Of a DNA stretch of 32,000 nt, positions 7,162 through 18,100 are shown in pieces. The position numbers and the translations under genes are program-made. Where the stretch lies: assembly GCA_041661045.1 (NCBI GenBank), contig JBAZVE010000001.1:180001-212000 (forward strand), written 5' to 3'. How positions within the stretch are numbered: position 1 is the stretch's first letter; each line of letters opens with the position of its first letter. The notes beneath the pieces were generated by a model. That model searched no databases. It worked only from the letters and a program-made list of their open reading frames with translations, and was not told the DNA's origin. Origin of the DNA: Candidatus Saccharimonadota bacterium. Its GTDB lineage: Bacteria > Patescibacteriota > Gracilibacteria > UBA1369 > 2-02-FULL-48-14.

Positions 7162-8370
7162 ATGAATACTCCCGCTGCCAGCATTGGAACACGACTCGAC
7201 ATTGGACTTTCCAAGGAAGACCAAGCGCGGATTGATGAACTCCGATCTTCTTCAAAAATTGACCGTGTCCGTGGAAAACTGCTTAGTTTCTCGGCACTCA
7301 ATGAAAAAGTGGTGCTCCTCTTTACGCGAGTGAGTCTGCGAGAAAAAGTCATGCTTTTCCAATTGCTCTCCGTGATGATCAATGCCGGCGTTCCCATCAT
7401 TCGTTCTCTGTATGTGCTTTCCGAACAAGTCCCCAATTTGAAACTCAAAAAGGTGATTCTTGCCCTTGCTGTTGAAATGGAAGAAGGGACTCGATTCTCC
7501 GTGGCCATGGAAAAATTCCCCGATACTTTTTTGGAAGCGGAACGGGGAATGATCGCCAGTGGAGAAGCTTCTGGAAATCTCAATCAAATTTTAAAAGACA
7601 TCGCTAAACAAGCGGAGAAAAGTGCCGCCATTGTCTCCAAAGTGAAGGGCGCCATGGTTTACCCCGTGTCTGTCTTTGCGGTGATGTTCCTTTGTCTTTT
7701 CTTGATGCTCACCATGGTGGTGCCAAAACTCACGGCACTGTTCACAGAGGGGGGGCAGGAGCTTCCTCTTTCCACTCGAATCTTACTTGGGCTTTCGGAT
7801 TTTGCTCAAAATTACTGGCTGCAGGGCTTGGCTGTCCTGATTGTGCTTTTGGTGGCTTTGTTTTTCTTTAAGCGAAGTAGACAAGGAAAATATTCTTTGG
7901 ACCTCGCCCTGCTACATCTTCCGGTTTTTGGGAATTTGGTTCGACAGCTCATGATTGCTCGCTTTGCGCGCATGCTTGCGAGCCTCACCAACTCCGGTGT
8001 TCCTATTGTTAAAGCACTGGAAATCAATGCAAACGCGGTGGGGAACGAAGTGTATAAAAAGCGCATCCAGTATGCCGCTCAAGATGTTTCACAAGGAATT
8101 CCGCTGGGAGAAAACTTGCGGGATAGTGCCTTTCTCTTCCCCAGCATGGTTTCTTCCATGGTTTTGGTGGGAGAACAAACCGCCAATTTGAATGAAGTAT
8201 CCAGCAAAATCGCGGAGTATTATGAGGGAGAAGTGGACAATGCCGTTGCCTCTTTGTCTAAATTGATGGAACCGCTGATCCTTGTGATTATGGGGGCTTT
8301 GGTGGGATTCATTGTGGCGGCTATTATGCAGCCCATCATGGCGCTCAGTGATATTTCCTCCGCACTGTAA
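7162..8370 (+). CDS. pilC: type IV pilus platform protein (GspF/PilC family)
   Basis: 402 aa with two T2SS-F repeats (LFQLLSVMINAGVPIIRSL and FARMLASLTNSGVPIVKAL) and three hydrophobic TM segments. It lies next to pilB. Confidence 0.93.
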   Translation: MNTPAASIGTRLDIGLSKEDQARIDELRSSSKIDRVRGKLLSFSALNEKVVLLFTRVSLREKVMLFQLLSVMINAGVPIIRSLYVLSEQVPNLKLKKVILALAVEMEEGTRFSVAMEKFPDTFLEAERGMIASGEASGNLNQILKDIAKQAEKSAAIVSKVKGAMVYPVSVFAVMFLCLFLMLTMVVPKLTALFTEGGQELPLSTRILLGLSDFAQNYWLQGLAVLIVLLVALFFFKRSRQGKYSLDLALLHLPVFGNLVRQLMIARFARMLASLTNSGVPIVKALEINANAVGNEVYKKRIQYAAQDVSQGIPLGENLRDSAFLFPSMVSSMVLVGEQTANLNEVSSKIAEYYEGEVDNAVASLSKLMEPLILVIMGALVGFIVAAIMQPIMALSDISSAL

Positions 8371-8381
8371 GAGCGGTATTC

Positions 8382-8409
8382 TTGCCTTTTCTTTTGTGCA
8401 GTGTAAAAT
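8382..8409 (+). promoter_or_regulatory. candidate internal promoter for the pilin gene
   Basis: TTGCCT (8382-8387), 16-nt spacer, TAAAAT (8404-8409), 30 nt upstream of the pilin ATG. Confidence 0.45.
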
Positions 8410-8438
8410 TTGTGTATCCATATTAACCCATACACGCC

Positions 8439-9029
8439 ATGGTGAACTTTACTCCGCGCAAACGCGCGTTCACGCTCATTGAGCTTTTAATCGTTATCAC
8501 CATCATCGGTATTTTGGCCGTTGCTTTGGTGCCACGACTCACCGGTGCTTCCGGCCGTGCACGAGATGCCCAAAGACAAGGTGACCTCCAACAACTCGCC
8601 GTGATGCTGGAACAATACGCCACAGATAATGGAGGGTATCCCGGAACAAGTTCTTGTGCCGGAGAAACCAGTGCTACAGGTTTTGCAACCGTCATGACTC
8701 CTTACTGGACAACGGCTATTGCCGATCCCAGCGGATCTTACTGGGCCGGAACCGGTACTCCTTGTGCGGGTGGCACTACCCCAGAATCCAGCTACGCCTA
8801 CATTGCTTTGCAAACCACTGCCGGTGGACTGGCAGAGGGATACTTACTGATTGCAAACTTGGAAAATGAGAATGCAAGAGGTAAGGGAATTTATGCAACG
8901 AGTTTCAGTGTAAGCACTTCCATCACCGCTGCCGCTAACTTTTCTGCAACCGGGAATAACGAATGTACTTCCGCTGCAGTAACCGGGTGTACCGCAGGTA
9001 CAAATATGATCTATGTTGTGGGTCGATAG
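8439..9029 (+). CDS. type IV pilin (prepilin with N-terminal cleavage/methylation domain)
   Basis: MVNFTPRKRA/FTLIELLIVITIIGILAVALVP shows a class III signal with Glu at +5. There are two Cys pairs, C72...C108 and a C-terminal CTSAAVTGC loop. 196 aa. Confidence 0.92.
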   Translation: MVNFTPRKRAFTLIELLIVITIIGILAVALVPRLTGASGRARDAQRQGDLQQLAVMLEQYATDNGGYPGTSSCAGETSATGFATVMTPYWTTAIADPSGSYWAGTGTPCAGGTTPESSYAYIALQTTAGGLAEGYLLIANLENENARGKGIYATSFSVSTSITAAANFSATGNNECTSAAVTGCTAGTNMIYVVGR

Positions 9030-9049
9030 ATTTTTGGAAGTTTGAGTTT

Positions 9050-9078
9050 AAGCCCCCGCCGAATGGTGGGGGCTTTTT
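9050..9078 (+). terminator. rho-independent terminator after the pilin gene
   Basis: aagcccccgcc (9050-9060), loop gaat, ggtgggggctt (9065-9075): an 11-bp GC-rich stem with one G-U. It is followed by a T-run to 9078. Confidence 0.8.
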
Positions 9079-9159
9079 CGTTATGAAAACATAAATTGGG
9101 GAGTGGCAAGTTGAAAAGTAGACAACAGATTAAAATGGGCGGATTTTAAGGCGGAGTTT

Positions 9160-9168
9160 TGCTAGAAT
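9160..9168 (+). promoter_or_regulatory. extended -10 element (TGcTAGAAT) immediately upstream of the giant gene
   Basis: TG at 9160-9161 and TAGAAT at 9163-9168. The ATG at 9175 lies 7 nt after the -10, which would give a leaderless or near-leaderless mRNA. There is no good -35. Confidence 0.3.
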
Positions 9169-9174
9169 TTCGGC

Positions 9175-12100
9175 ATGCGTCCACGCCTCCACTCGAACGC
9201 TTTGAAAAAAATTGTGATTTATGGCTTTTTGATGAGCTTTTTGAGCTCTTTGTTGCCCATGAATCGGGTGGCGGAGGCTCTGAGCGTGGTGGGCAGCAGT
9301 GACCCTGTGGTGGTGGAAAACCCCGGCGGCAGCCTGCCGGAGCTGCGAAACACCGGAACGGTGGAGACTCGTTATGGTCTGGTGGCCATTTTGGTGGAGG
9401 ACAGTTTGTGGAGTGCCAATTCCGGCGGAAGCGGGTTCTTCTCTTTTTTGGGAACCAGCGGGCTCAAGCAGAAAATTCAAACTTATGCCGAAGATGTTCA
9501 GGCCACCCTGCCCTGGACCAAAACGGTGATCATTCAAGTGGAGGATGAAGATACTCCCGTGGAGATTCAGCGCATGCTGGAGCGGTTTTATTTTGAGGGG
9601 AACCCTGATGATTCGGATTTTACGCGACTCACCGGCGTGGTGATGGTTGGGTCTGTTCCGCTTCCCGTGGTGAATAAAAATGGGAATCGCTTTGTGTCTT
9701 TGCTCCCCTACACCGATTTTGAAGAGCCTTCTTACCTGCTCGATGAAACTTCCTTGGATTTTCTCCCCAATTTGGAGGCTCAGAATTTGCAAGCGGAGGT
9801 TTGGCATGGACTGATTGTTCCTCCACTCGATGGACAAGAAGGCTTGGACTTGTTGGCCGCCTTTTTTGATAAAAATCACAAATTTCACACCGGAGACCCC
9901 GAGTACACCTCGTTTGATGAAAAGATTTTTGTGGGGGATTTGGTCACGGAGCAGTCCGCCATCAATCCCACTTCTTACGACAGTTACGACCGTTTTGTGG
10001 GCCTTTGGGAAGAGCTGAGTTATTACCGTTACACCAACGACTTGGTGGAGGACCTCTACACGGATATGCAGGCCTCCGTGGAGGCGGGGGACTCTTTGGA
10101 CAATGATGGAGATGGGAATTACGACGAGGAGGCTGCGAATGGGAAGGATGAAGATGGGGATGGTTTGGTGGATGAGGATATTGGAGATGGTTTTTTTGGA
10201 ATCGATAATGATGAGGATGGACAAGTGGATGAAGATCATTTTGAAGACAACAACAACGACAAAGGTTGGGTGTACTCCGGTTACACGGACAGTGAGGCGG
10301 ACACTCTGTTCTCCGACAAAATGGTGGATGAGGATCCTCCCGGAGACAGCAATGGAGACGGGTGTCCCGGACATTGCGGTGTGGACGACAATGGAGACAG
10401 TGAAGATCACGATGGAGACGGCTACCCCACCGGGCTTGAGGCTTTGTACGGGTGGGATTGGGCGAACGAGAAGAAACCTTGGCGATCGGTGAAGAACTGG
10501 ACCAATGGTCAGTTTGGAACGAGTTTTGAAACAGCGGATGCCGCAACGGAATACTTGCAGGAGATGTTTGTGGACCAGTTCTTTAACGACGGACTCAGGA
10601 GCCCCACTTGTTATGCCTCCGATGGCAGCTATCATTCTGAGTGGGATGATGATGAGGATGGATTTTGTGATGAAGATGGCTCCGTCGAAATGCAAATTTG
10701 GACGAGTCCGAGTGGAGGAAGCGCCAGCGGGACTTGTGCGTATAACGACGCGGATTGCGATGGACTCATCGATGAAGATCCTCTTGGCATTCAACCGGCA
10801 GCTTTGTTTGAAGATCTTCCGGATATTCAGGCGCGGGACATTGTGGGGCAATTGACCAGCCGTTACGCGGAACTTTTTGATCAGCCTCAGGGCGTCTGGA
10901 ATCGTTTGGTGGATCAAACCGGACGATATGAGACTCGCAAAAGCGATGGAGAAACCGTGCAGAATGATTACGACACCGCTATTTCTTTGATCTCTAAAAA
11001 AGATGAATTCACCCTGCAATACTTGAGGAGTTTGAACGACAATTTGGAGGCGCAGCTCAATACCATTGTGGAAGAAAATTTGGCGGAAGATATTCCCATT
11101 ATTGCGGGACTTCAAATCACCGGATGGGTTCAGCGCGCGGGAGAAGGGGCCGAGTCCATTTGTGATCCTGAGGGACCTGTGGACCCGGATGGAGATAAGT
11201 GTTTACAGTTTGTGAACCACTCCGGTTTTGACAATACTCTTTTTGATAGTGAAGGTGCTCTCACCGATTTGGATGAGTTGGAACCTTCGGACTATTATAT
11301 CAGCGGACAGCAGCTCTGGGATGTCCATGACGCGAACCAATGCACAAGTTTTGCAGGGACCGATGAGGAAGGCGGACAGTTGGCGCAGTTCAACACGCTT
11401 TACAGCCGTTTGTTCAGCGTGGTGGCCGCCGAAATGACAAAGGCGGATGTAAAAGATTATCGCAACTGTGTGCCTGAATTTGCCTCTTATTTGGAGGATA
11501 TTCCGGAGCTGTGTGATGAAGCCACCGTGACGAAAGAAATTCGTGTTTTGGATGGGGCAAAGACGCCCGAAGCAGAGGATACGAGCCGTTGGGAAGTGGG
11601 GGCCGAAGCGTGCTTTGAATTCCGCGAAGTCTTCACCTTCAACCGTTATTCTCAATCCGTGGCGGAGTTCAACAACTGGCTCACCAATAAAATTCGTGCC
11701 TTCCGCAAAGATGGGGACGATGACGAAGCCAGCTACCAGGAATTTTTGGAAAAAGTGGAGGAAGAACGAGATCGACACGATCCACGGCCGGATGAGGCCA
11801 CTTTGAGACAGCCCTTTGCCAACTTGGATATGATTGCCGCGGATGCGAGCCTGGAATACACCATGGAAGATCTGCTGATTGAGCTGGGGTACAGCGCCCC
11901 TTCGGATGATGACATCGATACTTTTTTGGCGCTGCAAGATGAAATCCAAATAGAGAATCCTTCGGAGGGCAGCGGGATGAGCGGCGTGGAGGAATTGAGT
12001 CTTTCTTTTGACAAACTCTTCCTTAAAAAAGACACGGAAGAGCTCACCACTTTGCGCAGTGAGGCGGCGGAAATTTCTTCCTTTGCCAAGCATACGCAGC

Positions 12101-15100
12101 CCACCATCGCCACGCTCAATGCCCAAGCCACCAATGCCGGCTCCCCCAATCTCCCCATTGATGCGACTCGACGCGTTTCTTTTATCGATGCGGAAGGTTT
12201 GGCTCAGGAGCTTGTGTACATCAATGTGTTTGATGCTCAAACTCTTGAAGCTGTCCAAGCACAAGTGGCGGCTTTGGCGGCGGACATGGAAGAAGTTGCG
12301 GGTGGAAATCGTTTTGTGAACACCGTGGAAAATTTTTATACGGGCATCAATGCCGATCAATTGGCGGATGCACTGGAATGGCGTGGACTGAGTATTGATG
12401 CCAAACATCGCTATGTCCTCAGCCATTATCTTGGTGAGGAAGAGCCTGTGGTGGCCAAGGCCCGATCGGGTTATGAAATGGTCTCTTTGATTGCCGATGG
12501 CAATGCTCAAGAGCTTTACTTTGCCTTCAACGGAGACCAGCCGGAAACGGAGGAGGATTTGGAATTTTTATACCGTAGCCAAGCGGAAATCGAGGCTGCT
12601 CTTGCCGCTGCGCAAGCGGATGCTGCGGAAGAGTATGAAGCTTTGGCGCCCGTGAGCGGCACAACGCCCGTGGTGCTGGTGGAATGGATCAATGAAATTC
12701 AAGAATGGCTGCGAGACTTGGAGGACTCTACGAGCAGCTTTACCATCGCCAGTCTTTTGGATGGTGAACAGGTTTGTGGCTCGGCCAGCGCAGCGGAAGT
12801 GGACACCACGGACGCGGACGATGATGGCATTGTGGACAGCGCCGAGGCAACGGGTTCCTTGTTTTTGAGCACGGATGAGTCCACCGTTCTGCAAGCGGGA
12901 GGTGGAGACTATCTCACGGTTTCTGTGGCTGCCAGGAATGCGGACGGAACGATCAATACCGAGGACAGCAGCACCCGAGTTGAACTCCGCATCGTGAGTG
13001 GAACGGAAAGTATTGAGATTCTTGGAACCGCTTCTCTTGTGCTCACGGGTGGCGTGGCGAGCTTCACTCTGGAAAGCGCCGCTGCCGGAAGCTTTGGCCT
13101 GCAGGCCCTTGCCGAGTCCAGAGAGGATATTCGATCGAGCGATGTTTTGAATGGAAGCAGCGAGCCGAAATTTGTGAAACTCAGCACCTATATTACGAAT
13201 TTGGAGCATGCCGGAACCGATACGGTGATGGAGGGGGATCGCATTGAAATCCGTGATGAGGAAGGCACGGTACGAGCCGTTTTGAACCCCATTACCGGGG
13301 ATTTGGATTTACGCAATGCTGTTGTAAAACTTTTGGAGGCCACGGAAGACTTGCCCACACGGATTTCCGTTGAGTCAGGCGAGGGCCTGGTTTATGGGGT
13401 GATCTTTTTGATCCCGGAGGAAGGAGAACTGGACATTCAAGTGCTGCACCCCAGCGCCGGCATTGCTTCCGCGGAAAATGGTACTGCTCTTGAAGAAAAT
13501 GGCGTTCAAATGGGCCTGGTGACAGACCTTGGGCAAATCACTCTTAGCGCCGGATATCTCTTGGATTTTGAGACCCCTTCGAATTTAAATATCTATGATC
13601 CTCTGCATATCTTGAATGATGATGGAGAAAGTTTATTCACGGTGACCCTTGGAACCGCTGACGATGAAGCGAGTGCGGAAATTTTGAAAGATGAAGGCGA
13701 GTATTCCGATTATCTTGGCGCTGTGTTGGGGAAGATTTTGGGGTGGATGGGAGTGGGCAGCGCGAAGGCGGACTCCGTGATCCCTGACTCCGACGGAGAT
13801 CTTTTGGATGATTTGGAAGAGTGGGTGATTGGAACGGTTTTGAGCAATGGAGACAGCGATGGCGATGGCTATTTGGATGGGCTTGAAATTTTCTCGGGCT
13901 ACGATCCTTTGGCTGAGGGCAAGAAACTCTTCACGGATATTGGAATCGAAAATCCTGCGTATCCCGATTTGGCTCTGCTCTATTTGCGAGGTGTGATCAA
14001 GGGGTACACCGATGGCAGTTTTAGGCCGGACAACCCCATCACTCGAGAAGAATTTGTAAAAATTGATCTGGGTGCCATTTGTGAAGACTGCGACAGTTAC
14101 GATGCGGTGTATGAAACGGAGCTCCTGGCCGCCTACGGCTTGGACCCCTTCCCCGATACCACCATCAATCCGGAACTTTTGGCTTGTGTGGCCGAAGCCA
14201 AGGGACGAGAAATTGTGTCCGGGTATGCCGGGGGTGAGGAGGAAGGATATTTTTTGCCCAAACAGTTCATCAGCCGGGCGGAGGCCACCAAGGTTCTTGT
14301 GGAGACTGCTGGCTACAGTGTGGATCCCGTGGCGGAGGGCGAAGTGTGGTACAGCCAATACATCGCCACTGCGGAGGCACACTCTCTTTTCCCGGAAGGC
14401 AGCCCGTTGACCACGGAGTGGTTGGAAGAATCCATCACCCGAGCTGAATTTGTGATGATGGCCGTCAATATGATCGAAGATAAAGACTGTCGTACTCCGA
14501 TGATGGACAGCAATAGAAATGGAATTCCCGATGTGGAAGAACTGGATGATCCTGAGGAAATTCCTGAAGTCCCCGAAATCCCTGGAGTCCCCGATGCATT
14601 TTCCGGCTTTGGCGGATACGAGCATGGCCCAGGACTTTTTGTGGTTTCCCCCAATGCAACCGTGGAGACCATTACCATTGGCAGTGGAGAGGGTCTCACT
14701 CGTGTGAATCTTTTTACCAATGAGATCCCCGCAAATGGGGAGTCTGAAATCTTTGTGCGGGCTGAAATCCGTGATGTGGATGACCATATTTATGCCGAAG
14801 ATGACAGCAGCGTGATTGAGTTTATTTTGTCCAGCAGCGAGCACGGCACTGTGGAGTCCAGTCGTGTCCGTGTGAAGAATGGCGTTGCAGAAACCCGTTT
14901 TGTGGGGACTGACTTTGCCGGAACCGTAACCGTGGAAGGCCGGATCAGTGATGGTTCACTCCCCTCCCAAAATGCGCAAATTCATCTGCTCCCCGGGGAG
15001 CCGGTGCGTGTTGTTTTGGAAGGCGAGTCTCGTGTTCTTCCTGCCGGAGCGGAAGCAAGTACAAATATGAATTTGAGTTTGTATGATTCTTTTGGAAACC

Positions 15101-18100
15101 TGGCCTCCAATGGTTTTTACTCCGTGTCGCTCACTGAAGAAGGGGGTCTTGAACTTTTGGATTTGAATGATGAGGACAGTTCTATGGATGGGATACAAGT
15201 CACGGTCTCGGATGGAGTGCTTCCCTTCCGTGTTCTTTCCTCCCTCACCGTGGGCCAAGCCGGTGTTCAAGCTTCCCTCCCCGAAGTTCCCAATAGCGGC
15301 GATGAATGGTTGATCGACCACAAAGAAAGCATCATCCTTAAAGTTCAACCCACTCAACCGTATCTTCTTGCGGGAAGTGCCGGTTCGGAACTTGTGACGA
15401 TTCAAGCGGTGGATGAACTGGGCTTTCCCGTTTCCGGTTTTCAAGGAGAAGTGGTTTTGAGTCTGAGCGATAGCGGTTTTGGAAGTTTTTCTTCCGAATC
15501 GATTTCCTTGGTGAGCGGCAGTGGCAGCAGCACCCTAAGCCCCGGGACCCTGGCGGGAACGGGGTCTATTCTTGCGGAAAGCCCCGGACTTTTGGGTGGC
15601 AGCGGCCCCTTGGTGGTGAAGCCTGCCGATCCTTATGAGCTTCGCATTCGCAGTGAAGATGGCGACTCGGTGCTTGCCGCGGGAGAACGAGAAAAATTCT
15701 TTATTGAAGCGTACGATGTCTATGGTAATTTTGTGAGCACGGACAGCACCACAAGCGGCTCCCTGCGCCTCACGGACAGCACTGCTGAATTTGGTACGCT
15801 GTCTTCCGGATCCTTTGTGCTCAACCAAGGCCGTGCTTCTGTTTTTGTGACTAGTGGAGAAGTGAGTGGAAAGGTGAGCTTGGTGGCGGCTTCGGAGGCA
15901 CTTTTGGCGGGGACTTGGGGTGGCACCGTGAATTTCACCCTTTCAAGTGAGGAGATTGCCGAGATCGACATGCAAATGCTTTACGCCTCCGTTTTGGGTG
16001 GGCCTTTTGGAGACAGCACCCAAGAAAATTATTTGGGCGCCTGGATGCTCTTTAATGGAAAAACTCAAGCGGTCACCAGTTTGACGAGTGAATCCAAACC
16101 CAAAAACCGTTTGGCCACGATCGATGCGACCGGCAGCATTGTCCTTGCGGAAGATGGGATGGTGAGCCAGGTGGTGCATGGAGCCGGCACGGACCTCCCC
16201 ACTCGTATTCAATGGCGAGAATTCCCCAGCGATGCTTTGCTTGCCGAAATTTTTTACAAGGTGGGAGATCTGAGTGGCGTGAGCCCTGAGCTGCTCACCA
16301 CCGATACTGATTTTGAGTTGGAAGAATCCGACGGCGCCTGGCTCCTGCGAGAGAATGCCGCCGCGGTGCTTAAAATTCGTGAGGATGGGCAAGTGGCCTT
16401 GATGGACCCGAGCTATTCTCTTGCCGTGAATGCGGCGGCGGATGGCCTGAGCCTTGTGGCCCTCAAAAACACGGATCCGGTTCTGCTCATTGATTTTGAT
16501 TCCGCTTGGAATGGCGAGCTCAAAGCCCTGGAAAGTGGTTTTGTTTTGGAAGACTGGGATCGTTTGGAGGATGGGCTTTATCTTAAGCCGACGGCTTTGA
16601 GCGAGCACCGCTTGGAGCCAATTCCAACCGGAAACAGCTCCTTGAATGCCATGGGTCTTGCCCTTGTGGATCCCTCTCAAGAATTGGCGGGAGCCATGCA
16701 GCCCTCCTTGGGCTACCCCAGTCTTGAATCGGCGGAAGACAATGGCAATATTGGTTGGGAGGAGGAGAATAAACACCTTTTGCTTTTTGCCGCGGGCAAT
16801 ACTGTGGGGCAATCGAACCTTTTCTACCCTTCTGAAATTGGAGTGGTTTTGGGAGACCCCACCATTCAACTGCCCACTGCCGGAGACATTGGTGATTTGG
16901 GCTTCACTGCGGATATTGGAGTACCCGTTTCCGCTTCCAATGAAGACATCCATACGCTTTTGGATTTGGATTACAACGGTGACGGAACCATGGATGTTTT
17001 AGCCGCATATGAGGATGGACGCATCGAAGTGCTGCAAAATGCGGACTCCGCCGTTCGTCTCAAAAATCGAGGCGAGCTTTTATTTATTGAAAACGGGATT
17101 TCCTCCATCGGTAAAGGTGACTTCAACAATGACGGATTGGAAGATCTTTTGATCGCCACTGAGGAAGCCTGCTTTGAAGGAGAGATGTGTCTTTATACTT
17201 ACGAAAACATCGGGGGCGGCTTCGTCGCCAAAAACTTAAGTCTCAGTGGTGTGTCCGGCACCCCAAAACAAATCCAAGTGGGTGATTTGAACAATGATGA
17301 TTATGACGACATTGTTTTGGTGGATGAAAATTTGGTGATGAGTGTTGTATGGAATTCTGAGGGTGTGCTTGAAACTGTGAGCCCAATTAAAGATTTTGGA
17401 CTTCAGGCGGATCCGGAAACCAATTTGGGTGGAGAGCTTGTGATTCATCATGAAGGCCTCAGCTCCGGTAGCGTGGGATTATCGGTCTTGAGCGATGAGT
17501 TTGCGAACTCTGATGCCATCAACACGGACTTTGGAGGCTTCCTCAGTGCGGTGAGTGGAGATGATGATTTTGAGAGTGACAGCGAGGGCCTTTCACAAGA
17601 AAAGACGCTTCCTTTTGAATATGCGGATGCCCTCAGTGAGCTCTTCACTGTGAGCAAGTCGTTGAGTGATCCCAACTCCGGGACGGTGGAGATTGGGGAT
17701 GTCTTAACCACCCGCGTCAGCATCCAAAATGTTTCCGGGGCCACCCTTTCGAACATCTATTTCTCCGATACGGATTCCGGTAGCTTTGCGCTCGATTGGA
17801 ATTCTTTGGACAGTGCTTTGGTCCAGGAGGGTGAAGGGTTGCGGCCCTTTATTTATGGTCCTTTTGATCTTAGTAATGGACAGCGCCTGGAGCTTGAATA
17901 CGATCTTTCCGTTCAAGCCCTCCCCGCCCTTTCCGTGCTTCTCGGCCAAGATTTTTACAGTGACTATCGAGATGATGATTATTTGGATATTGCCGTAAGT
18001 CCGGAGGGCGGAAGCGCGGGCGACTTGCTGGTGTTTTACTCTGACGGGGTGGTCACGGAAGTACGAGAGGATGGATTTTTGGGCATCGGAGAGCGAAGTT

